Shown piece by piece: positions 38,372 to 51,900 of a stretch of DNA of 64,000 nucleotides. Within the stretch, counting starts at the first letter, position 1, and each line of letters opens with the position of its first letter. A program made the translations under genes and the position numbers. The notes under the pieces are model-generated. The model was not told where the DNA came from. It searched no databases and was given only the letters and a program-made list of their open reading frames with translations. Source of the stretch: Botryllus schlosseri (taxonomy: Eukaryota); assembly GCA_051294905.1 (NCBI GenBank), contig CM119377.1:11222001-11286000 (forward strand), read 5' to 3'.

Positions 38372-40785
38372 ATGAATTTTAATGAGGATCTGATCGAAAG
38401 CGTCCGGGACTACCCAGTGCTCTATGACTCTACACATACGAAATTTTTGGATAAAATACGAAAAGATAATATTCGGATAAAGATCAGCGAAAAACTCGCT
38501 AAATACGATACAACAGGTAAGCATGACGAGTTTATGGTTATGAGTGTATGGTATGGTATAGCTCCAGTGGTTCTCAACCGGGGGTCTGCGAAGCAATTTT
38601 AGGGGGTCTGCGTGACGCGAGACCTATAAATTTTAAAAATGATTGATAAACGAATTTCAAATTTTTTAAATTAGGGAAATCACGACGCAGTTTTGCTCCC
38701 CAACTACTAAATCCTCATGACTCACATCATTTCGGCTATTTTGGAAATAATAGTATTTACGGTGACCAATTTCGTCACACCGACATGACCAAAAATTGTC
38801 CAGTAGGGAGTTGTAAATAAATGTATTATGTCACAGTATAATGATTGATGTTTTTTATTAATTTTCACATTGTTTACAGCGACGAACTGCAAAAAACGTT
38901 GGAAACAACTCCGAGACAGGTTCAGCAAATATGTTGGCGAGTTGAAGAAAGCCAAAAGCAGTGGCTCTGCCGCAAGCACTATCAAGGAGTTTACTCATTA
39001 TCAGTCCATGTCTTTTCTGCTTGATCATTTGAAGCATAAACCGTAAGTCCTAACATCATATAAATATCTATAACTACAAGATGGCCCACATTTCTTACTT
39101 GGTATTGCTTATTTTGCGATCAGAACTATTGGAAATGTTGCACCAGATTCTGATGGGAATGGAGATGGACTGGATGTTTCTTCAAATACTGGTAACCTGC
39201 CACAGGATGAATTCATGTGTTTGGTCTGCTTCACGTGTACAACTTTGTTAACAGCAGAATCAAGCCAAGAAGAAGATGTAATGCAAGTCCATGAATCTCA
39301 AGAAGATGTAAGCCAGGTTATGCCTGATGATGGTAGAAATGAGGTAGAGTGTGCGGATCAGCCAACAAGCTCACATACCGAAGTTGTCTCTACAAAGAGG
39401 AAGAAATATGCTGATAAACAAGAATTCCAGGTGAGTTGGATGTGATGAAGGCTTATAGCCAGGGCTTTGGAGCAGCCGAAATTTGCATTGCTCCAGCTCC
39501 GGAGCCGCATTATTACCACTGCTCCGGCTTCAGCTCCGACTCTGAAAACTGTCGAAGGTGTCTGTCTATATCAGGGGTGGGCAACCCGCGGCCTGCGGGC
39601 CCGCAAGCTAATTTCCCATTATATTATCGAAATTGAATTGCTCAGATTGTGAACTTGCAAGGCCAACCAAAAATATGATTAGTCTGGCTGCGACACTTGG
39701 GATGTTGATGACTAGAATATCAGTTCCGGCGCATTAGCGAATTCAGGATCCAGTCCCATTTTTAGTAAATCGTCGTACATTACAATAAACTAAAAGAGTA
39801 GTAAAATTTTTCTTCACGCTTCGCGTGTTTAATTGTCACACGTTTTCTTGCTTTGTAGCCTACCCCCTCCTGAAAATGACAAAACGCCTGATTTAGCCGA
39901 TTGAGTCGAAATATTACGACAGAAAGTCTTTTCGCGTCTGCGCTCGCAGAAAGATCGTTGACGATGAAATGTAGGCACAAAATAATATGATTGTCGTATA
40001 TTAGCGGAAATCTTCGATATCGATATGTCCAGATGCCGAATAGACCTGTCCTTGCAAACTGAGCCCAGTGGGCGGTATACAGTCGACCCGCAATATACCC
40101 AAGTAATAATAATATTAACTTTGAAAGTTTTACGCGCCTGGCGCGGCTAGTTGGCAGCGCACTCGTTCGTCAATTTCATGTGGCCCTTTAGCCGAAAAGG
40201 CTGGCCACCCCTTGTCTATATAGATTAGGTTAGTTATCTATAGTAATCTAGAGTCTGTCAGCCGTCAGTAACATTGGATGCAGCAACAAAGAGGAAAATA
40301 ATCTTGATTTCGCGAAGGCCTGCTCTTGAATTATGTGAACTCAGTAGATATGGTTGTTGCATAATAGCATCTTATGAAACACGTCGGAGCCGGAGCTACC
40401 CCTCAAATAACTAGCTCCAGCTCCGGCTGAATTTTATGTAGAGCCCCGGCTCCAGCTCCGGTAAAAATGGATGGCTCCGGCTCCAGAGCCCTGCTTATAG
40501 TACAAGTAAAGTTATTGAAAGTGGTGATATTCTTATATTTTCCATATGCAGGCCGCAATATCCGACTTCATGAGCCAAAAAGTTAAATCAATGAATGACT
40601 TTACTGCTCATCTTGCAAACAGTCCAAGAAACGAATATGCCCACTTTGGCAGCATGGTTGCAAAGATGCTGGAGAAATTGCCACCAGTCAAAGCTATTTC
40701 TACAATGAGCTGTATTATGCAATTCATGGGTGAGCAGATGTCTTCACTCGAGACACAAGTTATTGATACACAGGATACAGAATGA
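38372..40785 (+). CDS. Harbinger MADF (Myb/SANT-like) DNA-binding protein with BESS-like C-terminus, 261 aa, 5 exons
   Basis: Exons 38372-38516, 38880-39042, 39124-39191, 39255-39430, 40552-40785 splice in frame with GT-AG; LIESVRDYPVLYD...CKKRWKQLRDRF...FTHYQSMSFL; C-terminal EYAHFGSMVAKMLEKLP. Confidence 0.85.
39460..40493. mobile_element. hAT MITE (GCTCCG repeats) in MADF intron 4
   Basis: cagggctttggagc / gctccagagccctg; TSD cttatagc / cttatagt. Confidence 0.8.
39572..40213. mobile_element. Charlie/Buster MITE nested in the previous element
   Basis: caggggtgggcaacc / ggctggccacccctt; TSD gtctatat. Confidence 0.85.
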
Positions 40786-42808
40786 TGTATGTTGTGTGAC
40801 GACTGGATATGTGCAACTGGAACTATAACTACTCGCTTTTGAAAATCGGAAACTAGAACGATTCAATTTTCAAAATCTGCAATTAGAACTAGGACTTACT
40901 CAGTTTTCGAAATCCGTAACTTAGTCACCACGTCAATTAACTAAATTGGTAGATTGCACAAGTCTGGCTGTATGTTTTTGACATTGTTGTTTACCTCTGT
41001 GTTGATACATGCTAAATTCTCTTCACTGCATTTTTTGCTTTTGACATTTTTCATGTCTTTCGCTGTGGTTCTACCTTTCTTATGCGGTAACTTGCCCCTA
41101 GTTCTCGTTCTTGATCTGTGATATTCTGTACTTAGTTGTATGTGTTTCGTTATACCCTGCTGTCAAACTATGTTCGCACAAGCAATTTCCATATCTTCTT
41201 CAGTAAAAACTGTTTCAATATGAATGCATTAACTTGCCCCTAGTACTCGTTCTTGATCTGTGATATACTCTACTTCGTTATACACTGCTTAACACTATGT
41301 TCACACAAGCAATTTTCATATTTTCTTTAATAAAAACTGTTCCAGTAATGTGAATGAAAGAATATTTATGTTTTGGAACAGTGGTTAACAATCAAATGTA
41401 CATCGGATAGTGTCATTTCGTCTAGCAATATATTCAAAAGCAGATTTGGGGTCCCAGAATATCCAAAGCAGATTTGTGGTCCACCAGAGTCGATGAGCTC
41501 ACACGCGATTTACCACTGCTTCTTGCCATGCAACTCTGCCAATATTGCTCATAAAGTAATTGGTAAATTTCTCCCTCACCTCCTTTGCTTCGTTGCTGTA
41601 CATATTGGACCCGTGGTCCCGGTTTGAGAAGTGGTTGTAGGGCCTCCAAAATCACTTGAAGTGGCTGGTGCGGTGCCAAGGTTTGAGAGTGTGCACGAGG
41701 ATCTTAGCTGCAAGAAGTTGTGCAAACAACATGCAGCTTTGGTAATGTCAGTGGCAAGTTTCGGCTCGGCAGTAATGGTGCCCCGGAACACTCTCCACCG
41801 CGCTGCCATCACACCAAATGCGTTTTCAATGACACGCCGTGCACGTGATAATCGGTAATTGAAAATAGATTTGTGCGATGGCAATTGTTTTCCGGGATAG
41901 GGTCTCATCAGATTCCTGCGTAATGGAAATGCCGCATCTCCAACCATGACTAGGGAACACGTACATCTGTCCCAGGTAGGCAGCCATCATCAGGCACATT
42001 TAGTTGACCATTCATGAACTTACTTCCGAAGGTCGAATTCGAAAATACCCCACCATCACTATGTCTCCCCGAATCACCTATGTCTACCAGAGTGAAGCAA
42101 AGCTGTGAGTCACATGCAGCGAGAAGCACAATACTATAATTTCCCTTGTAGTTGTAAAATTCTGATCCCGACTTGGCAGGGGCCTCAATGGTAATATGTT
42201 TTCCATCAATGGCACCAAGGCACATTGGAAAATCCCACTTCTCTTGGAATCCCTTTGATATTCTTTGCCACTCCTCTGGTGATGCTGGTGACTTCAAAAC
42301 CTCAGGCATTAGTATGGTCCATATCGCCTCACATGTCTCCTCAATTATCACTCCAACTGTCGAATGTCCAACACGAAAACTCTTGGAAATTGACTTTCGA
42401 GAATCCCCAGTTGCTAAGTACCTAAAGCAAGATATACTAAGCCTGATGACGGCTTCTTAAAATATATTTCAAACTTTACCTCAATGCAATTGCCAGTCTT
42501 ATGTCAGCTGAAATAGCTTTCCTCCAATTGGTATCCTGCTTCGTTATTTCTGGCTTCAGTTTTTCCAGCAGCTCATAGAAGGTGTTGAAATCCATGCGAA
42601 AATATTCATGAAACATTTCCGGATCGTTGTGCATTTCTCTAACTAAGTTGTACTCCCCCATTTCGTCTGTTTCGAAAAATTGGGCGAACCCATTCCCTGT
42701 AATATATACCATATGCTTGAACTGAACATGTATGGTACACTACTTTGCCGAATCACCAAATCATACCTTTCAGACGAAACTAGCAGAGCCAATGCCGAGC
42801 AGATATTT

Positions 42809-44428
42809 GGCCCTGTGGATATACGCAGTTCACACGCATTTATCGTCTGTCTGGAACGGGTTTTAGCTTACTCTTTGAAAGTAACTCGCAACGAAGGTTG
42901 CCAATTATATTGGTGAACAGCAAATAAATTATATAGTAGCCAATTATTCCACTACATCAATAATGATATCTACTAATCTGAGAACAGCTGCGCAAACGCA
43001 AACTCCATATTATCTGTCCGAAAATTCGCATCTTTGTGACGTACGTTCAAAGTAGACCATGAATTCACTATGACGACATTGAGGTGTTATTTATTTAATT
43101 AATGGACAAGCGTTCAACTTGATGTTGATGTTGATGCTCGATGCTAGTCCAGGTCGTCAGCTCAGTAGCTCACGCGAGCAAAGTGTCTCCTTCAGCCGCT
43201 TCAAACCATCCGGAAAAATGCAAATTCAAAGAATTTAAAAATCACAAAACATGATAACTAGCGTGAACACACCGCAGACACACGGGTTGGAGTCCGTCCG
43301 AGGTCGACTTCAGAGTAGGGATGGTGTGAACGTGAGGTTCACGTTCGCGTTCTGTGTGTGAACCTCGGAAAATTTAAGGTTCGCGTTCACAACAGAACCT
43401 TGGTAGGTTCTGCACTGTGAACCTTTTTCATATATTGCAATTTTCACTTCATTATAACATCTTTAGTTCAGATTTATTGACTTTCAACTGCGGGCCACTC
43501 TATGCATGGAGCTGGCAGCATAAACATTCAACAGTAAACGAGCATGCCCTTGACAATCTAAAAAAATATTGTTACAAAAGTTTGCTCGAAATGTCCAGCT
43601 TTCCGTTTGTACATATTTAGTGTCTCTGTGCTGTGAGCTTGACCCGCAATCACATGACATCAAGAGCGAATACACTGTATTTTGTCAGCGAATGATCCTT
43701 ATTCAACCAATCAATGAGATTGATATCGTCTTCTGATGTAAAAATATAGCAGGCGTACGGGGTAAATCTTGACTACATATGTATACTGTATCATAAAAAC
43801 CAAATCCGTGCGACTGGGGTGTTGGCTATACTGCTGTATATAACTTGTTAATAGGGTAATATCGGTAGCAAGTATAGAAACCCATTTTACACTCTGCGTA
43901 ATATCCATGTGGCAATACTCAGACACCGAATACATTGTCCGATCAGGTCGAAATTTATGGTAAAAGCGACGCAAGATACTGATTTTATGGGATTATTATA
44001 TCATTTGATTGCCTCAGTTGATACATTTGGCGACGTTTAAAACGTCAATATGTATACTTAAGTACTGAGCTATTATGTGGCCCGAGTCGTCGCTCGGCAT
44101 CGTGTACAGTAGATCAATATAGGCAATCACCTAATTGAAATATTGGGTTAAAATTAGCAATATGACGTCACGTGACGTCATGACGTTCACGTTCGTGTTC
44201 ACACAGAACCTTTCAAATAGGTTCACGTTCACACGAACCTGAACCTTTCAGAGGTTCACACCATCCCTACTTCAGAGTTCGATTCCTAAGTGCTGGAGGT
44301 TTACCTGCGAGATACCTGATTACTAAACAAACTTGAACACATCCCCAAAACACTCCAGACTTGATACCTGAGCACCAGAACAGCGTGGGAGAGTGATACC
44401 TGCGTGAACTGCGTATATCCACAGGGCC
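42809..44428. mobile_element. Merlin-like non-autonomous element inserted in transposase exon 1
   Basis: TIR ggccctgtggatatacgcagttcac / gtgaactgcgtatatccacagggcc (GG...CC ends); 8-bp TSD agatattt; related terminus near 58369. Confidence 0.7.
43316..44269. mobile_element. hAT MITE (GTTCAC/GAACCT repeats) nested in the Merlin-like element
   Basis: tagggatggtgtgaac / gttcacaccatcccta; TSD cttcagag. Confidence 0.9.
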
Positions 44429-45704
44429 AGATATTTTGCTGCACGAGCAACACTGCCAATAACGACTCAATGTCACCGTCCTCCAACTCCACGTCCATTT
44501 CCAATGCTCCTTCCGCGTCCATTTCCAGTCAGTCAACAATGTTTTGATCGCAACCATATGTTGTTCGGCCCGCGAAAACGCGGTCCGATACACACCAATG
44601 AAGCGGAAAGCCGAAAGCCTGCCGATAGTCGAAAACCGATGCGCTTCGGCTATAGGTTAGGTTTTCGGCAATAGGCGTCCTGTCTGGCGATCCCCTTACG
44701 CGCATATCAACGCATATTACGTAACCTCGGCGACGATTTGCACAAGTCAAAATGTCCGAGTTGCTATGGAATCTGTTCTATAATGGCACCGATTTCAGGT
44801 GGTTCAATTTCAAACGTTTCTCATCTTTTATAACTCAAGCATTGACACACATCTTCCGATGGTTATGTTCAAGTAGTATATTAGCGAAAATCAATCACGT
44901 ATGTACGGATTGTACGCACTTACATGTTTGCGGTCGATTGCGGACATTCGATGACATTTGTTGAGCGATGTCACTCTTTAATCACAATCGCAAATCCGCA
45001 TACAATCCATCGAGAGATAGGAGGCAAAGCATGCTAGGCCTGAGACGCGATCGTTAGGCTAGCGATGATATCTTTCGTATCAGGCATAGTGCGGATGCGG
45101 TTGTTGCGTAAGCCAACGATGATATGGTGCGCGCCGGGCAAAGCAGATGTGATTGTGCAGGCGATGGCATAGTTCGCACCGGGCCTATTGCAGATGCGGT
45201 TCTTCAAGCCAGTAGAACTAGGCTTGTTAGAGACGTGATAAATCAGGCTAGCAACGATTGCCGAACGCGCGCCAATCGATGACTTAATTTCGCAATCATC
45301 TCAGCGAGATCGATTCTCGTTAGTTTTTGCCGCTTGCGCGTGGCCTGGCTGTGGTAAAGGAATTTAGCAAAAAAATGTTAGCGTAGATTGAAGAATGCCG
45401 TTTGAATACAGTGTTTTACAGTGTTCCGATAACCTGTTGCTATTTCTTTGTTCTTTATTGATATTAAGCCGTCAAATTGTAGATCAAAGTTGTGTTGCCG
45501 TGTATCGCTGAATGCGTGAGATTAAGCATCCAATTGTTGAAGCATAGACCTAATAGAGTTCTAGATTTGATGAGATCGCGGACCACGCGACAATTATGAA
45601 TTACGCGTCGCCAGTGAGGTGAATACTGCAATACATCCGATATTATTAATATTGATTACGCGCGCTCATAAAAGCGACGCGACGAATTGTAGCTACACTG
45701 TGAC

Positions 45705-47668
45705 CAGAGATGCCACTGGGATATTTCGGAAAAACCCAGATGTGGAGGCGAAATAAACCCAGATCCTATATTTCACTCAAAAGGCACGAGATAGCTGTGG
45801 AAGTGGAGCCTGATAGTCGTCGAATACACTCATACAGTCATTGAAGTCTTTGATATTGAATTTACAACAGTTCATAATACACATTTTGCTTGGTTAACAC
45901 TGCGAATCGCACAAAAAACGTTGTTTTCCTCTCGACACATCGCAATGAAACAATTGGGGCGCAGCGCGAATACTTAATAGTGTACCGGTACTAATAATAT
46001 CATCGCGCTGCGAAAGTTCAATGCAATGCCATCCATTCCCTATTTCTAAAGATGATTTCATGTATTTTCAGCGACCTGAACAGATTGAAAGTGGCCTTCG
46101 ATTGATTAATCCTACGACAATCACAATCACAGACCAATGTATAGTGGAAATAAATAACTGCCAAATCATGAAATTCAGGGTTAGGGTTCGAATGTGCTGA
46201 TAAGTGATAACTAGGGCAATTTTTTTTTGACATGTCAAAAAAAGTCAAAATTAGGTCAAAATTGTAGCGTTAGGTCAAAATTTGTCAAAATTGTTTACAA
46301 AGTCAAACATTTTTTGACCTCTGCATTTCGTTTGTATCATAGATTTTGCGCTGTCGGTGAACTTATCATTTGATATTTTACAGCTTGTAGCCTACTTTAT
46401 AGGCCTACCGTTGTAAACGGACCATCGTCTGCTCATTGTGAATCATAAATGGTCAAATGAAACAAATAGTGACATGGTTTTATGGTCAACGTACCGCAAT
46501 ATCCTAGCTGAAGCAAGACTGCTTGGACATTGCATGGTTCTTATATCAAGAAGCGCAAGCTGAAAAATTGTGATATAGACAACATTGTCAGAATGAAGCA
46601 ACACGGTTTGTCACCAGCAGTGTGCACACAACTTGAGTGTTGTCAGCCAACAAATGCTGCTGTTGAACGTTATTTCTCCGTTCTTGACAAGCTACGTAGT
46701 AAGGACAGACACTTTCTACCCGAGAATGTAGGAAAGGATCTTTCGTTGTACTACAACAAATTTTAATTATTTCCACCAGAATACGTAATGTAACTACTGG
46801 AATTCTTCATAGGGCCAGATTTCGTTAAAATACTAGTTTTTCATGTAAAAATCTGTCAGTTTTTGAGCTAAAAACGTTTTTTCAGGCCAATCTACTTTGT
46901 AAGGACAGACAGTTCCAACCAGAAATGAAGATAAGTAGTACAATTTTAACATTGTATGCGAAAACACCTAATTTGCATACGTGGGGTCAAAATTTGGTCA
47001 AATTTCAGTTTTTTTAGGTCAAAAAGGTCAAAATTTAGATTTTTTAGGTCAAAATCTTCCGTTTTTTGGGTCAAAAAAAAATTGCCCTAGTGATAACCAA
47101 TGCCTCTGATTAACTAGCTAGGGGTGTCCAACTAATTCTCTCTCTCTCTCTCTCTCGCTCTGAGTGTCCGTCGGAACTATAAATATACTCAGAGATAACA
47201 ATAGGATTATATTAGTCGGATCATCACCTGGTCTGTTCATGTGCTTGTGCTTGCCATACAGTTACATGATATTTATCGATACATGCCGAATTGTTCACCA
47301 AGTGCATCAAGTGCCGAGTTCGCAACTGGCAATCGTCCTATATGAACATGACTTTCTGCGATCTGGAAGTTACCATTGAATGAAGCGCCATCGCATCAAG
47401 CCGAAGACTCTAATTTTAGTAGTGAAATAGATTATCAGCACTCTGTCGTTACAATAACAGCAAAATCCATTAACAATGGCGAACTGAAGTGCGTGCATTT
47501 TACGATATTGCGACCATACTAATCCGATAATTAATTTTTGAGCGTAAAGCTGACCTGGCGAACTGGATGTTGAAAATAAACCCAGATTTCAAGGATAAAA
47601 ACCCAGAAACCCAGGTGATGCTAAAACAACCCAGATCTGGGTGGAAAAACCCAGGAGTGGCATCTCTG
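45705..47668. mobile_element. hAT element (AACCCAG repeats)
   Basis: cagagatgccact / agtggcatctctg; TSD actgtgac. Confidence 0.9.
46212..47089 (+). mobile_element. hAT deletion derivative (GGTCAAAA repeats) with a CGGBP1-like transposase dimerisation remnant
   Basis: tagggcaatt / aattgcccta; TSD gtgataac; ORF 46530-46766 CQPTNAAVERYFSVLDKLRSKDRHFLPENV. Confidence 0.85.
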
Positions 47669-47843
47669 ACTGTGACTGTGATTACATTATACGACGATAT
47701 AATATCCTTGTCTCCCTTGCACGCACGCGAAAAAAGCCCTCTCTCGTCTACTGTGCACACGAGAGAAGACGCGAGAAAAAGCCATCCTATGTATCGGTCA
47801 TAAATCATTGCGCAAGAGCTTGCTACAAGTTAGCTAGTGCTAC

Positions 47844-48407
47844 CAGTGTTGCCAACCTCGCGGTTTTCCCGCGAATTTGGGCTTGTAGTTTTCGCGATTC
47901 GCGGTTTATTTTCAGGAGTCGCGGGTTGCTTGTTTTTGGGCTTGTTTGATTTTTCATCAAACATGTATGGTGAGCCTGTTATCAAGTTGCATTTGCAGTT
48001 TTTGACACCAATCTTGCAACAATTCAACAAAATAAACAAGCTTTTTCAGTCCGAATTGGAGATCATCTAAAAATACAGGATGATCTGTTACTATTATTTC
48101 GCTCGTTGGTGTCAAGGTTTGTGATACCCTCGTACAAAATGTTTGCTGTACCGACTTCAAACCTACGAAATGCATGCTGGAGCGGTATAATGAAAGCATG
48201 TATCAGGACACTGTGGATGTTGGACAGGAAAATGACATCGTTTCACATGTTAGGCCTATATCTGAGTGAATTGTATTGTAAATACAATGTTTTGAATTCT
48301 AAAAATTGTTGCTTGTTTTTGGGCTTGTGTCGGCTAAAAATTCGCTTGTTTGGGGCTTGTTTTTCAGATTTTTTTGCTTGTTGTTGTAAAATAACCTGGC
48401 AACACTG
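47844..48407. mobile_element. hAT (Tip100-type) MITE
   Basis: cagtgttgcca / tggcaacactg; TSD agtgctac. Confidence 0.88.
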
Positions 48408-48999
48408 AGTGCTACCGACCGACGAAATATTGAAATGCATCGACGGGGGTTTCGCGTAAATGGAAAGGGTTTCGCGTTTCAAAAGTCGGGGGTTTCGACC
48501 CCCGAAACCCCCCCTCTGGCTACGCGCCTGGGTACAGGCTTTTTCCCAGAATTTGCATGCCATTTTAAGGGTGCGTATTATACATGGGGGCGTACTATAC
48601 TTGGAAAATTACGATAATCCATACACAACTCTGATTCAATATTCTATTTACAAGTACTGGCACGCGTGATTTCCACTGAAACAAGAACCGTGATGCCAAG
48701 TGTTTAAATGGTGTCGCAAATGCTGGAAATAGTATTAGGGTACACCAGGCTATGGATATGGTTCTACTGAATTCATTCACATTTATTATGCGTGTATGGA
48801 ATAATCATGCATTTACGGTACTTGTTCCATAGCATAAAACATCATACAACTGAAAATTGGGTAAGCTTTGCCAGAAGGTTGTTAACTGAGTCAGGTTTTG
48901 AGATTCACAACGTGCTTGGTATTTAAAATACCTCTGCCCAAAGGCCATATTTTGATAATTTCTTACTTAAGAGTAGACGGTGTCTGTAATATTTTTCAG

Positions 49000-51900
49000 G
49001 AAGCGAAGTTCAGACGGAGGGATTATGGGAGGCTGACGAATTGGAAAACTTCAGCAATACCAATATTGAGAACTTTGACAACTTTTGCCAAGCAGCTAAA
49101 TCGCTATTTTGGGAGGAAATCAGACTTGAACACAGTCAACTAACGGAAGACGCCATGAATTTGATTATAAAAGCGGTTAAATGCTCAGGGGTTGATGAAT
49201 TTCACTTACGCGATTCTTCAGTTTCTGTCGAACTCCTACAACCATTGTGTGCAATTGATGGCGGAAATTTTTCGGTACGTTTCATTATCGTCAAAATGGA
49301 ATGGAAGAATAACAAGTTTTTTTTTCAAGATTTCTCAGTTTTCGATAACTGGTGAAGATGACATCACCCAGGTCATACCATCAATCTGCAAGATCTTGCA
49401 GGCTCACAACACTACGTCTTTAAATGTATCTGAAAACAATTTAACCGATGATGCAATTTTGACTCTTAAAGAGAATTTCATCAAAACACTGGTAATGTTG
49501 ATGATAATACATGCTTGTTTCAACAACTTCAATTAACATTTGAGCAGGTACCATCACTAACAAAATTGGACATCAGTAACAACGAAGAAATATCCGATTA
49601 TGCAACATTGGGGGGTATCCTGCACTGTAATAAGATGTCGGAATTGTGTGCTCTCAACTGTGGAATCAGTGCTCGATCATTGAGACAACTCTGGTTGAAT
49701 TTACCTGAGAAGGTTGATATAATGATATTGATGGATATAAAAAATTCTTCTGACAACTCCATATTCTAATATAGCTACTTTATCATCGGACAATTTTTTA
49801 ACAAATACGTGAGACAGCATTCAAAAACGATTGATGTGACAATATTGAAACTAGCCACATTCAACCAGAAAACCATGTTAAAAGCTCTGTTGAGAATTGG
49901 CATTCTGCTGTTCATTTGTGTCTTTGTTACACAAGTGCTATCTAGATGGGCCATATGCACTGTAGGACTGACACGACTACCTTTTTAGAATTTATGTATG
50001 TCAATTTTAGCTAAGTACTGACGAAATGACCAGAATTCTAGAATGAAATTTTTGTTGTTGGAGTTCATACTTACGAATATTCAATAAATTCAGCTATCAA
50101 GATTGGACTTGAGTTACAATGCTGAAATGAATTGTAAAAGCTTCTCAAGCATCGGCAATCTGCTGAAGAAAAATTCAGATTTTCTCGGATTGAGTGAATG
50201 CGAAATTACCGGGGACCAAGTTGTAGCCCTTTTTGATTCGCTTGTCAAGGAAGGAATAACAGTGAGTGAAATTGGTTATTGATTTTGACTGTATAGTGTA
50301 TATTGAGATATAACTTCCAAGATTAAATTCTATTGAAGACAGTTTTATCCACCATAACTTGGGAAAACCTGACTCTACTGGACAGATGATCACCATGAAT
50401 CCAGTGACAATTGCCTATTCTCTCATAAATGTCATATGATTATACCTGTAGAGACTCTTTGGGGTACAGAACTTTAATATACATTTTAATAATATATTCT
50501 TTGCAGAATTTATTAAAACCTGAAGCTTTTCGAGCTGACACTCTTCAAGGGCAATTGTCAGCAAATGGAGAATTTCAAAAACATGCATCTAGCTCAGAGG
50601 TCTCAAACTCAAAGGAGCTTGCGGGCCAATTTCCTAGTTTTGATGACGCCGCAGGCCGCAGCATCAATAATGAGGATATTCAATGTATTATTTCCAAGTA
50701 GGCCTTTTTGACGGGACCTTGTAGACAGGCATTCCATAATCATCTTAGAGATGTAATTTACTATTGTAATATTCACGCTTGACACGGAAAGAATTCATAT
50801 TATGAAATATTTGAATAAAATTGTTTTTGTGGCGGGCATAATTTGTTTTTAATTAATGAGTTATAGACATCATAGTAGAGGATGCATCATGCACCCCCTT
50901 GTGATTCCGGTGAGATTTCTCGTCCCTATCCATTTTCAACACAATTTCCGATGGTACCTATATGAAAATGAGAAATCCCATTCACATAAAATCGCGCATA
51001 GAGTCAATACTATTTTCCAGTTGAATAATACGGCCGGCCAAGAAAATATTCCACTGCATGTAGGCCTAATTTCACAATGCATCTCGTGCACCCTGATGCA
51101 TGGTGCTTCGTACTCCGATGGGGTCTATGGACCCTGGTTAAGAACCCCTGGAATAGAAATGTTCAATCGGCAAAGAATTCATTGGTGTAACAGCTGTAAA
51201 GTGTACTAATACCTTTCTCGACACCGATAATAAAATGAATAAAGAGAACAAACAACACCTAACATGTAACAAACTATACGTCACGGGGGTCACAGAATGC
51301 CAATGGTTGCCATACAGACCCGATTAGATAGCTACATATCCTATGCAACGCAAGCAACGGTGTTTTGATATATTACTATTCCCCATGACAGTTTCATAGA
51401 TTGTTTCGTCCGTAGGAATACCAAGTCACCGTTACGAGTCGCAAATCCTTCTCTGATTTTACCGTTTTACCCGACTCAACTCAATTCATTCAGTCACGAA
51501 TCATCAAGGGCCATGTTTTATCATCATGAACTAGAAATGTGACGTAATAGCTGATCTTCTACTGCATAGCAGCTTTTAAAAGTGATGTGATAGTGAAGTT
51601 ATTCAAGATTTCAGTCATCTTTATAGTAGTTTTAGGGTGGGCTTTAAGATCTTATAACTAAAATTGATATATGGCACGTGAATATATTGTTTAATACTTG
51701 AAATTCCAAAATGCCGTCGCGGGCCGCGTGTTTGAGACCTCTGATCTAGCTACATTGCATACAACCAATTATGACGTCATAGAAACAAACAACATGAAAT
51801 ACAGGCAAACCGCGAGCGCAGCTAGTGGCCGATTTTTAGGGTGACTAAAAATTCCTTCTGCTGACACAAGCGCGGTCAGTGGATTTTAATATAAGTCGAT

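Larger units (their letters stand above)
41499..44522 (-). pseudogene. HARBI1-like: Harbinger DDE transposase (HARBI1-like nuclease), disrupted
   Basis: Exon 1 is 44522-44429 + 42800-42767 (split by an insertion), exon 2 42696-42480, exon 3 42421-41499. Motifs WVRPIF, GAIDGKH, FYNYKG, DGGVF, VGDAAFPL, YRLSRARRVIENAFG, CCLHNFL. Frameshifts near 42660, 41950 and 41600-41680. Confidence 0.92.
37743..44695. mobile_element. PIF/Harbinger transposon (convergent MADF and DDE nuclease genes)
   Basis: Two-gene tail-to-tail layout; right end ...gtcctgtctggcgatcccc followed by TTA; host sequence interrupted here is continuous in the homologous copy at about 61080-62050; left end rearranged. Confidence 0.8.
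37523..48530. mobile_element. hAT element inflated to 11 kb by nested insertions (own backbone about 1.5 kb)
   Basis: TIR caggcgcgtagccag / ctggctacgcgcctg; TSD ggtacagg. Confidence 0.9.
32057..48616. mobile_element. pogo/Tigger-like MITE split by three insertions (32127-36020, 36613-37411, 37523-48530)
   Basis: Pieces 32057-32126, 36021-36612, 37412-37522 and 48531-48616 rejoin into a copy colinear with 3897-4680; right TIR ggaaaattacgata. Confidence 0.85.

Noticed and set aside
41373-42460. Plus-strand ORFs opposite the transposase as an overlapping gene
   Set aside because: Antisense shadows of a coding region with no motifs.
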